Shown: piece after piece, positions 54,979 to 63,791 of the stretch
Layout: each line of letters begins with the position of its first letter
How positions within the stretch are numbered: the stretch's first letter is position 1
Assembly (NCBI GenBank): GCA_964648105.1
Contig: CAZYMH010000001.1
Location: 143,999 to 207,998, forward strand
Direction of reading: 5' to 3'
Source of the DNA: an uncultured Candidatus Saccharibacteria bacterium
GTDB lineage: Bacteria > Patescibacteriota > Saccharimonadia > Saccharimonadales > 2-12-FULL-41-12
Length of the DNA stretch: 64,000 nt
Program-made: the position numbers and the translations under genes
Notes under the pieces: model-generated
The model's database searches: none
Told to the model about the DNA's origin: nothing
The model's input: only the letters and a program-made list of their open reading frames with translations

Positions 54979-56157
54979 CTAATTTTTTGTTTGCTTGGCT
55001 TTAATGCTTTTTGGACTATGTATCTCAGGAACTACGTACTTTGGTTTTGGCATACGGCGATAAAATTCCATGACTATCATTCCGACACCTGCCCACAATA
55101 CAAACATGACCATTAAGAAATTAATTATTGGGATTAAGTAAGCCACAATCACGATCAACGAGCCAGCAACCATAATCCAAATCGCGTTGTTGGTGTTACG
55201 CAGGACCAATCTACCGATGTAAAATGCCGCAACTGGTCCGCTAAGTAATATCAGTAATATCCACAAAACTCCTAGCAAAATAGCTAGCGGAATACCATAG
55301 AATGTTACTGCCAAAATAATCATGGCGATAGGCAAAACAATGTGTGTCACGATACCAAAAAGCAGAGCTTTCCAGGGCATAGGTAAGCCATTGTTGGTAA
55401 CTGAGTAGAAAATACGTGGGGCTAGTAGCACTAAAACTAATGAAGTTATTAGCAGTGCAGGCAAAGCAAAGCCAAAGATAAATTTAGCAAAGCTTTTTGC
55501 TCCTGAGTTTTCAGACTTTTTGGGTTGATATTTTTGGACAGAACCGTTCACTTTGGCTCCATCGGCCTTTACATAATCATTGGCCGAGGTGTACTCGAGA
55601 TTGCCAGCTACTACAGCCGAGCTACCTAAATTAATGTTACTACTCGAGGCCTTAATATTACGGCCGACGTTTTTGTTGATATTTAATTTAGTACCAGAAA
55701 ACGCTACGTCCCTGGCGACATCTCCGTTAAGATCAGTTGTTTCGCTAACTACACTTAAATCACGTGTGACTTTGCCATTGGCACCTAGGTTGAATTTACT
55801 AACTGCGACGCTAACACTGCCCTCTACCACCGAATTAACATCGATAGTTTGGCCAGCTACTCGCACGCCACCGCTGACTGGTCCATTAATTGTGATGTTT
55901 TGGCCAGCACAAAAAACGTCGCCCTTAACTGCACCATTAATTGTAATATTTTGACCAGCACAAAAGATATCGCCGTCTACATCGGCATCAATATTTAGCT
56001 GATTACCAGCAATGAATAAGGTGCGTTCAATCTTTTCACTTTTAGCAACGTTTAGATTATCGCCTGATCGAAACTCTTGAGCGTGAGCCGCTCCAAAGCT
56101 TAACAAGCCGAATGCAAAGACCGCCCCAGCTATAATTAATAATTTTTTCTTGAGCAT
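54979..56157 (-). CDS. Signal-peptide protein with bactofilin-like (DUF583-type) beta-helical repeats and a C-terminal polytopic membrane domain
   Basis: 392 aa. The signal peptide is MLKKKLLIIAGAVFAFGLLSFGAAHA. Repeats follow, such as GDIFCAGQNITINGAVKGDVFCAGQNITINGPVSGGVRVAGQTIDVNS. The last ~170 aa hold about 5 TM helices. Confidence 0.55.
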   Translation of the reverse strand: MLKKKLLIIAGAVFAFGLLSFGAAHAQEFRSGDNLNVAKSEKIERTLFIAGNQLNIDADVDGDIFCAGQNITINGAVKGDVFCAGQNITINGPVSGGVRVAGQTIDVNSVVEGSVSVAVSKFNLGANGKVTRDLSVVSETTDLNGDVARDVAFSGTKLNINKNVGRNIKASSSNINLGSSAVVAGNLEYTSANDYVKADGAKVNGSVQKYQPKKSENSGAKSFAKFIFGFALPALLITSLVLVLLAPRIFYSVTNNGLPMPWKALLFGIVTHIVLPIAMIILAVTFYGIPLAILLGVLWILLILLSGPVAAFYIGRLVLRNTNNAIWIMVAGSLIVIVAYLIPIINFLMVMFVLWAGVGMIVMEFYRRMPKPKYVVPEIHSPKSIKAKQTKN

Positions 56158-56221
56158 TTCCCCTCCTTAACTAACAAGTTAATTATACCATTTTTTAAAA
56201 ATGATATAAAATGTACTATAG

Positions 56222-57127
56222 ATGTTAGGAGCCAGTTTTTCCCTGCACCGTTCTAGCGAGCTAGAAATTGATAAAAAGAAGTGTTTACGAGCCGCTCTAC
56301 AGGACTTAGGTTTTCGAAGATTTCGCCTAATGAGTTATTGGAATATCCATGAAGCTGTTCAGGGACATTATGATTTTAATGAGCTAGATTGGCAACTTGA
56401 TATGGTAGCTGAGTTCGGTGGCAAAGTATCTTTGTGCGTTGGCAAACGTCAACCTCGTTGGCCAGAATGCCATATTCCAGATTGGGCAGTAATCATGCCA
56501 GATGAACAGTGGCAAATTTATTTATTAGAGTTTATCAAGACAGTAGTCGAACGCTACAAAAATCATCCTGCCCTTGAGTCTTGGCAGCTCGAAAACGAGG
56601 CTTTGCTTAAAACCTTTGGGCATTGTCTAGACCAAAACTACGACCCTAAGCGTTTACAAAAAGAATTTGATTTGATTAAAAAGCTAGACCCTAAGCATCC
56701 AATTATTATGACTTTATCAGATTCTTGGGGTTTTCCGATAAGGCACCCTAAGCCAGACATTTATGCTATGTCACTTTATCGTATCACTTGTGACCCTGAC
56801 GGCAATTACCACTACTCCAAACGACCACCAGCATTTTATAAAGGTCGAGCGGCTATTATTAGTACATTTAAGAATCGACCAGTTTTTATCCATGAACTAC
56901 AGGCCGAGCCATGGCTCAATGTGGCGATTCGCGATTGTCCAGTCAACTCTCAGCTGGAGTACATGAACCCCGAAATTATCAAAGAGACGATTCAATTTGC
57001 TATTAATACAGAGCTTAGCCCGATTGATCTGTGGGGACTCGAGTGGTGGTATTGGCTCAAAGTTAAGAAACGTCGGCCCGAGGTCTGGCAAGCTGTTAAA
57101 CAAAGTCTAAAAGCTGCTAACGACTAG
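56222..57127 (+). CDS. Clan GH-A (TIM-barrel) glycoside hydrolase-like protein
   Basis: 301 aa. SWQLENEA is an acid/base NE motif. IHELQAEPW is a candidate nucleophile Glu. There is no signal peptide. Confidence 0.5.
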   Translation: MLGASFSLHRSSELEIDKKKCLRAALQDLGFRRFRLMSYWNIHEAVQGHYDFNELDWQLDMVAEFGGKVSLCVGKRQPRWPECHIPDWAVIMPDEQWQIYLLEFIKTVVERYKNHPALESWQLENEALLKTFGHCLDQNYDPKRLQKEFDLIKKLDPKHPIIMTLSDSWGFPIRHPKPDIYAMSLYRITCDPDGNYHYSKRPPAFYKGRAAIISTFKNRPVFIHELQAEPWLNVAIRDCPVNSQLEYMNPEIIKETIQFAINTELSPIDLWGLEWWYWLKVKKRRPEVWQAVKQSLKAAND

Positions 57128-57423
57128 CTGATTAGTTTTAGAGTATGCTGAGCATTCATACCATTTACTACCTCTGTGCATCCCCTGCCTTCTAGTAACT
57201 TTTTGGCCACCGCCGACCTCGCACCACTGGCACAATAAACTATAGTTGGCTGATTTTTATCTTCGATTTTGTAATTACTGACCTTTTCCAAAGGAACATT
57301 TACAGCACCGCTGACGTGGCCACGACTAAATTCATCTGACGAACGTACGTCAATTATTAAATAATTCATAATTTTAGTATAATATAGCTTAGCTATTTGG
57401 CATGAGTTAATTATTTTTTCCAT
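57124..57423 (-). CDS. Single-domain rhodanese (sulfurtransferase-like)
   Basis: IIDVRSSDEFSRGHVSGAVNVP and the active-site loop YCASGARS. The track start is TTG 57429. ATG 57423 or 57369 are alternatives. Confidence 0.75.
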   Translation of the reverse strand: MEKIINSCQIAKLYYTKIMNYLIIDVRSSDEFSRGHVSGAVNVPLEKVSNYKIEDKNQPTIVYCASGARSAVAKKLLEGRGCTEVVNGMNAQHTLKLIS

Positions 57424-57569
57424 CGCCAAAAGTCTTTAAACATTATATCGCAACACAATACCCGACTGGGTCCCTTGTGATTGTTCATAAACTACAACTC
57501 TACTACGGCTTTAGTCCTTTAGCCAAAACAAGGACAACCTTTTAACTTTTTAACTTTAAAGAGGTATTT

Positions 57570-57845
57570 ATGAACCCCGAAAATCAGATAAACGAGCGGG
57601 TCGAAGTACTGGTTGGCTACTACAAAAACTGCGATGCTAGCCAAATTGCTCAACCCCTCAAAATGAAATACAAAAACCGCGAAATTATATTTAGTGAACT
57701 GGGCCTGCGTCACCCTACAATGCAAGGCAAACGTATGATTCATGTCTTTGATATGAGCGATGGTGTGAATGATTATCGCCTAGAATTTGACGCCGAAGGC
57801 CTAACCTGGACACTGCGAGAAGTAGGTTGCTATGCACTTAATTAA
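57570..57845 (+). CDS. Hypothetical small protein immediately upstream of the Y-family polymerase
   Basis: 91-aa ORF preceded by AAAGAGG. No recognisable motif. Confidence 0.4.
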   Translation: MNPENQINERVEVLVGYYKNCDASQIAQPLKMKYKNREIIFSELGLRHPTMQGKRMIHVFDMSDGVNDYRLEFDAEGLTWTLREVGCYALN

Positions 57846-57864
57846 CTCTAGCCCGCCGCTAACT

Positions 57865-59073
57865 ATGTTTATTGACCTAAACAGTGCGTTTGCCACCACC
57901 GAGCAGCAAGCTCACCCCACTTTACGTGGTCGACCAATGGGTGTAACCAACCGAATTTGTGGCTATTCTTGTGTAATTGCTTGTTCTTATCAAGCAAAAG
58001 CTCTAGGTATCAAAGTAGGCATGCGAATGGATGAAGCTCTCAAAATTTGCCCTGATTTTATATTACTCGAGACCGACCCTGCCAAATATCATCACGTTTA
58101 CCGCAAAATCTTAAATATCATGCAAAGCTACACACCAGATGTGACAATGAAATCAATCGACGAAGGCGTAATGAAGTTTGATAACCTAGCAAATTTAGAT
58201 AGATCGCTTACCTCAATCGGCTACGAAATTAAGCAGCGTGTCCGCGAGGAAATCGGCAGTTACATGAGTATTAATGTCGGTATTGCTACCAATCAATTTT
58301 TGGCCAAACAAGCCGCTGGCTGGCATAAACCCGACGGACTCGATACCCTCGACCACACCAACTTACTAGATTACTATCGTCAAATTAAACTTACTGATTT
58401 AACTGGCATTGGCAACCGCTGGCAAGCTCGATTGCAAGCTGCTGGGATTTTTACACCTATGCAATTTTTGGAAACATCTGTCGATAAGCTACGTTACCAA
58501 GTTTTTCATAGTGTTTTAGCCGAAGATTGGCAAAATCGCTTAAGAGGCTACGAGGTTGATGGCAACCCGACCAAAAAAGGTCAGGTCGGCAGGCAGTACG
58601 TACTAGATATAAAAACTAACAACCCCAAAATCGTCTTACCACGTTTTCATTACCTATGCGAGACAGTTGGGAAAAAACTTCGCTCACGTAGCTTGGATGC
58701 TCGCGGTATCACCGTGTGGGCAGTTATGAAAAATGGTAGTTTCTGGAAGAATAAACAAGCCTACAAATATAGCTTTTATAGTGACCGCGATATTTACACC
58801 AGAGCTTTAAGGCAATTTAATCAGCGTCCGCCCCACTTAGATATTTATAGCATCGGTGTCACATGTTATTTATTATCAGCTACCCTGCGTCATCAAACTG
58901 ACATCTTCGACCCTCAAAATCGCAAAAATCAACTTGCCGCCACTATCGACAACATCAATCAAGACTGGGGGTTATTCAAAATCCACTCGGCTAATAGCTT
59001 AGAAGGCAAAAAACATGTTAAACAAAAAATACCTTTTGGCAGTACCGAATATTTTGATCTTTTACTTAAATAA
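57865..59073 (+). CDS. Y-family DNA polymerase (DinB/UmuC-like, ImpB/MucB/SamB family)
   Basis: MFIDLNSAFATTEQ...RGRPMGV (catalytic Asp region), SIDEG, and HhH-like LTDLTGIGNRW. The track start at 57832 overlaps the upstream ORF, so ATG 57865 gives the canonical N-terminus. Confidence 0.85.
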   Translation: MFIDLNSAFATTEQQAHPTLRGRPMGVTNRICGYSCVIACSYQAKALGIKVGMRMDEALKICPDFILLETDPAKYHHVYRKILNIMQSYTPDVTMKSIDEGVMKFDNLANLDRSLTSIGYEIKQRVREEIGSYMSINVGIATNQFLAKQAAGWHKPDGLDTLDHTNLLDYYRQIKLTDLTGIGNRWQARLQAAGIFTPMQFLETSVDKLRYQVFHSVLAEDWQNRLRGYEVDGNPTKKGQVGRQYVLDIKTNNPKIVLPRFHYLCETVGKKLRSRSLDARGITVWAVMKNGSFWKNKQAYKYSFYSDRDIYTRALRQFNQRPPHLDIYSIGVTCYLLSATLRHQTDIFDPQNRKNQLAATIDNINQDWGLFKIHSANSLEGKKHVKQKIPFGSTEYFDLLLK

Positions 59074-59079
59074 TTAGGT

Positions 59080-60777
59080 TTAGCGACCAGCTCGTCTGGA
59101 TCGAATAGCTTTCATAATTTCGTGTCGCCATTCGTATAATGCATAGCCAAGTGCCAAGCCGATGATCCCACCAATTAATAATTTATTGCTAGGTTTGGCG
59201 GCGGCTGGAATATCTTTTACTTCTGGTCGAGCGAGGGTATTTGCTCCTAAAGTAGAGGCAATTTTGCGGCAACGATTAGTCTCGGGGTTTCGCTCTTCAC
59301 CTTCACTACAAGGCTTAAGTTCAGCAGAAGCAGTCGAGACGATACTACGGCAACGATTAGTCTCGGGATTGCGTTCTTGACCATCTTTACAAGGTGTAAG
59401 ACCGCTGATGATGGCAATTTTACGGCAGCGATTGGTGTCAGGATTACGAATTTCGTCGTCGGCACACGGTTTTAGTTCTTGATCATCGTTAGCAATTAAC
59501 TTACATCTGTTAGTTTCGGGGTTGCGATATTGATTAGCGTCACATGGTACTAAGTTAGCCGAACTGTCTCCATTGTCAGAAGTTGACGGTTCAATCAAGC
59601 TAGCTAAGTTAAGACCAGCTGGTGTTGGACGGTTAGTATACTGCCATACATCATTTATTAAGGCCCAAGTCTGGTCATCTTTCGGCGAGCTATAAGTATC
59701 CGTTTCACTAACTACTTGGCCTGCAGGACTTATCAATTTTAAGCTCGCCGTAGAATTTGGCAAAGTTATGTCAGTTAATATATCGCTAAAAATATTGTAG
59801 CTAAGTGGACTCAAAAACTGTGGCTTAAACACATAGCTTTTAGGTGAGGAGGTATCGAGATTAAGCGTATAACCAGCAATATCAACTGTATGTTGATTAG
59901 GGTTATAAATTTCGACAAATTCATGACCAGTATCAACTCCACTGGCATTTGGTAAGAGTTCAGTAATCAGCAGTTTAGAATTTTCTTTCGGGATAATTTT
60001 TTGACATGTTTGATCGTCAGTCAGCTCATAACCTTCGGGCAGGCTAGTTTGAAGACCATCAATATTTTGGCAAATATCTTTTATGCACTCGTCATTTATA
60101 AGCTGATAGCCGCCTGGGAGGCTTAATTGAACGCCCGCTAGATTGCTACATAAATCTACCTCAACAACTTGTTCATAAATCCCCGAAGCAGGAATTTCGC
60201 TAATAATTTTTGAGGAAAAATCTTGCTGATTATTTTCTAAATCTTGCAAAAATTGACTAGAAGTAATTGGTTTTCTGACCAACATTTGCCCACTGACGTG
60301 AGCGTCACTAGCGACACTTTCAGGGCTAACTGCGGTTGTCCCCCAAGCTAATTTATCGATTTCTTTTTTGGTGGCATCTAGCAAGCGTACATGCCCAGCT
60401 GTACTACTCATACCAGCTGAAAATGTTTTATCAGCTGTAAAACCAGCAGTGCCACTAATAAATTCGTTGCTGGCGAATCTAGCATACGAGAATTTACTTA
60501 AAATTAATTTAGTATTTGCGTCAGCTGATTCTAGGCACGCTAAATTAGTTTTGGTGACATCACTGGCCGATGAATATTGCAAGCACCAGCCAGTTATATC
60601 AATATCTTGATCAGAATTATTATAAATAGCTACAAATTCGCTTTTGGCTACTTGAGTGGTACCTGTATTAAGATGAGAGATTACTGGTTTAGCTCCTAGA
60701 GCCTTTACCGACGACGGCCATAAAAGCATTGCAGTGGCTAGCCCCACCACGAGCCTAAACAGTCGCTTTTGTCCCAT
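59080..60777 (-). CDS. Secreted, C-terminally anchored protein with two lamin-tail domains (LTD) and four Cys-pair repeats
   Basis: 565 aa with a signal peptide. The LTD signatures are EFVAIYNNSDQDIDITGWCL and LLITELLPNASG..HEFVEIYNPNQHTVDIAGYTL. Two C-x-N-[LI]-x-G-[VL]-Q-x-SLP-x-GY units are present. Four repeats of C-x6/7-RNP[ED]TNRC follow. The C-terminus is a TM helix plus a basic tail. Confidence 0.7.
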   Translation of the reverse strand: MGQKRLFRLVVGLATAMLLWPSSVKALGAKPVISHLNTGTTQVAKSEFVAIYNNSDQDIDITGWCLQYSSASDVTKTNLACLESADANTKLILSKFSYARFASNEFISGTAGFTADKTFSAGMSSTAGHVRLLDATKKEIDKLAWGTTAVSPESVASDAHVSGQMLVRKPITSSQFLQDLENNQQDFSSKIISEIPASGIYEQVVEVDLCSNLAGVQLSLPGGYQLINDECIKDICQNIDGLQTSLPEGYELTDDQTCQKIIPKENSKLLITELLPNASGVDTGHEFVEIYNPNQHTVDIAGYTLNLDTSSPKSYVFKPQFLSPLSYNIFSDILTDITLPNSTASLKLISPAGQVVSETDTYSSPKDDQTWALINDVWQYTNRPTPAGLNLASLIEPSTSDNGDSSANLVPCDANQYRNPETNRCKLIANDDQELKPCADDEIRNPDTNRCRKIAIISGLTPCKDGQERNPETNRCRSIVSTASAELKPCSEGEERNPETNRCRKIASTLGANTLARPEVKDIPAAAKPSNKLLIGGIIGLALGYALYEWRHEIMKAIRSRRAGR

Positions 60778-60817
60778 TAGTCAACATTATCAATAAATAA
60801 TATTTATTTATCAATAT

Positions 60818-62296
60818 TTAGTTGTAAAAAATATCTAACTGGTTAGAATTTTTATAAAACTTATGTTTGGTAATTTTCCTAAAAATTAACACCGTTAATA
60901 TAATCAAAATATAGCCCAGCAACATCTGCAAAAATGACAACTTTATTTCACTCATCGAGTGCGGTAAACCAGCTAAATAATTTATAACTTTGGTGCAATA
61001 AAGCAGAATTATTTCGGCTGGTAAATGAGCTAAACTAGCCATAAACGGCAAGACTAAGCTTAAGATTCCCCCAACAAAAAGTAGCAACATAGCTAGTGGC
61101 ACCGCAGGCAAAATGAGTATATTAGCTAGCAAAGCATAGACAGACGTATAGTTAAAGACGTGCAAAATTAATGGCAAAGTCATAATCTGAGCCGACAAAG
61201 TCGAGATTATCAGTTCTCTGAAATAAGAGATTTTGTCTACTTTACCCCAAAAGAAGTTATGAATTAATGGTGCCAAAACCAAAATTCCAAAAAATGCCAA
61301 AAACGATAAATACCAACCTAAATCACCCCATGAATAACTCGGTTTAATCAACAATGTTAAACCAGCCGAGATAGCCAAAATCATCAATGGATTAATCCGC
61401 CTACCGTAGTACCAAGCAAGCAATGATAAGCCAGCTACTAAGCCTGCTCGGACCATCGAAGCACTAAATCCACTGACCAAAATAAACCCAAATATCATAC
61501 CAAACGAAGCCAGACTGGCTAGATATTTAGACAAATTCTTAAAAATTCGTCGAGCGAAAATCACTAAAATTGTTAAGTTGTAACCACTTGCCACTACTAC
61601 ATGGGTAAGCCCTAAAATCCTGATTTGATTATCGAGTAATTCTGGTAAGTTAGTTTTCATACCGAGTAAATAACCAAGTCCTAAACTTCGCTCAGGCTCT
61701 GACAATTTACCAGCACTTAGCCCGGCGAACCAATCACGAGTTTTTAAGCCCCTATCACTGCTACTAGCTGGTTGATAATCAATAATCTCTGCTCGATAAA
61801 CACTGCCAAAGTAACTGCCAAAACCTGGACCCAATTTGCCTTTTATCACCAAAAAGTCACTACGCTTCAAATTATGATTTGTACTTAAGCTTACATAAAT
61901 ATTTCCTTTTATCACCAAACTATTAACTTTTGCATTAGTTAATTTAATGGTTTTTTCACCTTCTTTGCCAATATCAACATCCTCGGCAATTTGTCCACTT
62001 ATTACAATTGTTTTTTGATAATATTTACTTAACTGGTGTTTGTTATTTGTGTATATGTTTCCTCTATAAAATCCCAAAACTATGCCGCATACGCAGATTA
62101 CAACCACCAAAAATTTATAATGCCAGATCAAACTAACTAACCCCAAACAAGCAACAAAATATATCAACAAATTTGAAAAAGTAAATTGAAATTTCATGCT
62201 CAAAAAAACTCCGCTAATTACACCCACAAAAAAGCCAAAAATTAAGTAATACAAATGAACTTTAGTTTTGAGAAGCGGGTACTGTTTCTTGAACAT
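60818..62296 (-). CDS. comEC: DNA internalisation channel ComEC/Rec2, short form (DUF4131 plus Competence domain, no metallo-beta-lactamase domain)
   Basis: 492-aa polytopic protein. An OB-like insert follows the first TM helices. The GLTHVVVASGYNLTIL motif belongs to the Competence domain. The ORF ends without the ~250-aa MBL nuclease domain. Confidence 0.8.
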   Translation of the reverse strand: MFKKQYPLLKTKVHLYYLIFGFFVGVISGVFLSMKFQFTFSNLLIYFVACLGLVSLIWHYKFLVVVICVCGIVLGFYRGNIYTNNKHQLSKYYQKTIVISGQIAEDVDIGKEGEKTIKLTNAKVNSLVIKGNIYVSLSTNHNLKRSDFLVIKGKLGPGFGSYFGSVYRAEIIDYQPASSSDRGLKTRDWFAGLSAGKLSEPERSLGLGYLLGMKTNLPELLDNQIRILGLTHVVVASGYNLTILVIFARRIFKNLSKYLASLASFGMIFGFILVSGFSASMVRAGLVAGLSLLAWYYGRRINPLMILAISAGLTLLIKPSYSWGDLGWYLSFLAFFGILVLAPLIHNFFWGKVDKISYFRELIISTLSAQIMTLPLILHVFNYTSVYALLANILILPAVPLAMLLLFVGGILSLVLPFMASLAHLPAEIILLYCTKVINYLAGLPHSMSEIKLSFLQMLLGYILIILTVLIFRKITKHKFYKNSNQLDIFYN

Positions 62297-63041
62297 TTTT
62301 TACTTCGATTACTAATGGTAGTTGCTGGTCAGGACAGTCGCTGAGGACACGTTTCATAGCGTCTTTTTCGGCGTCAGTTAGCCATAGTTCATACTTTTTC
62401 TTAACTGCAATTTGTCGAGCCACATACATACAGCGATAACTTTTGTTAGGTGGCAACCAACTAGCGGCATCAGAGCTACTCTTATCTTGATTTGTTTGAC
62501 CGTCGACTGCCAACAAATTAAGCATGTCATTTGCGAACTCACTTCGTTTTTCAAAACTCAAATTTTGAGCACCTTTTTGCCAAGCATCGCTTAAGGCTAC
62601 AACGTGATCTATTTGAATATCATCACTAGTTTCTGGACCTCGCTGAAATTGAATCATTTTGGCGGTGTATGGGTCATTTAAAACACCTGATAAAACCGTA
62701 CAATCTTTGTACGACTTAGTTACCACATTTATCATATCTCTTTTGAGAACATAATTTCGTGTATCACAACCAATCAGCTTCTGCCAGCCATCGCCGAACT
62801 GCGAACGTTTGTAATCGGTTTTTGGCGATCGACCTTTAACCACGAGTTGGCTTAAAATATCACTAGCTTTTTCAGTTTTTATATCTTTGATCGATTGTTC
62901 AGTTTGCTTTATTACCGTACTAGTCGAGTCGGCATTTGGACTAGCAGGATTTCTCTCCATGTAATATTCGTAGGCATAGCCTCCAACCGCCCAGAGTAAC
63001 AAAAAAATCACAACCGCCACCCTGCGAAACCGATAATTCAT
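62262..63041 (-). CDS. Membrane-anchored/secreted His-Me finger nuclease (DUF1524, GmrSD C-terminal-like)
   Basis: 259 aa with an N-terminal TM helix. Motifs are DIQIDHVVALSDAWQKGA and LLAVDGQTNQDKSSSDAASWLP. It overlaps the comEC start by 35 nt. Confidence 0.7.
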   Translation of the reverse strand: MNYRFRRVAVVIFLLLWAVGGYAYEYYMERNPASPNADSTSTVIKQTEQSIKDIKTEKASDILSQLVVKGRSPKTDYKRSQFGDGWQKLIGCDTRNYVLKRDMINVVTKSYKDCTVLSGVLNDPYTAKMIQFQRGPETSDDIQIDHVVALSDAWQKGAQNLSFEKRSEFANDMLNLLAVDGQTNQDKSSSDAASWLPPNKSYRCMYVARQIAVKKKYELWLTDAEKDAMKRVLSDCPDQQLPLVIEVKNVQETVPASQN

Positions 63042-63122
63042 AATTTATAGTTATTATAGAGCAAAAATATTTTTTAGCTAAAATCTCAGTTATTTTTAAG
63101 CAGATTTTATATAATTAATTAT

Positions 63123-63791
63123 ATGAGAGTTTTAATTATCGAAGATGACCACAAAATTGCCGCCGCCCTGTCTCGTGGTTTAACCCAAGAAAGTTTTGCA
63201 GTTGATATCGAATATGATGGCGAAAGTGGCTATGGGGCCGCCTCAACTTTGCCATATGACATCATTATTTTAGACAGAATGTTGCCAGAAATTGACGGTG
63301 TAGAAGTATGCGAGCGATTACGTAAACAAAAAATTCACACGCCAATTATCATGTTAACCGCCAAAACTAGTATTAATGACCGAGTTAAAGGACTTAATTC
63401 TGGTGCTGATGATTATTTACCTAAACCGTTTTCGTTTGAGGAATTATTAGCTCGGATTAGAGCATTATTAAGACGGCCTAAAACTGCTCAAAGTGATGAG
63501 TTAAAAGTCGAAGATTTAGTTTTAAACGCACAAAGTGCATCAGTTACACGCGGCAAAAAAGCTATAAAATTATCAAGTAAAGAGTTTGCCTTGCTCGAAT
63601 ATCTAATGCGTAATCAAGGCCAAGTCTTATCCAAAGAAAATATCATCGACCACGTTTGGAACTTTGAAGCCGACATTTTGCCGAACAATGTTGAGGTTTA
63701 TATTGGCTACTTGCGTGGCAAGATCGATAAACCATTCAAAAAACCATTGATCCAAACTATTCGCGGCTTCGGCTATAAATTGCAAGCATGA
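63123..63791 (+). CDS. OmpR-family response regulator
   Basis: 222 aa with a receiver domain (IIEDD, DIIILD, TAK) and a winged-helix output domain (IRGFGYKL). Confidence 0.9.
   Translation: MRVLIIEDDHKIAAALSRGLTQESFAVDIEYDGESGYGAASTLPYDIIILDRMLPEIDGVEVCERLRKQKIHTPIIMLTAKTSINDRVKGLNSGADDYLPKPFSFEELLARIRALLRRPKTAQSDELKVEDLVLNAQSASVTRGKKAIKLSSKEFALLEYLMRNQGQVLSKENIIDHVWNFEADILPNNVEVYIGYLRGKIDKPFKKPLIQTIRGFGYKLQA

Noticed and set aside
54328-55116. Plus-strand ORFs 54328-54627 and 54679-55116 (Ala/Pro/Thr-rich)
   Set aside because: They are antisense to the 22-aa-repeat gene and the start of the bactofilin-like gene. The sense strand has a strong SD and a regular repeat structure. The antisense translation is low-complexity.
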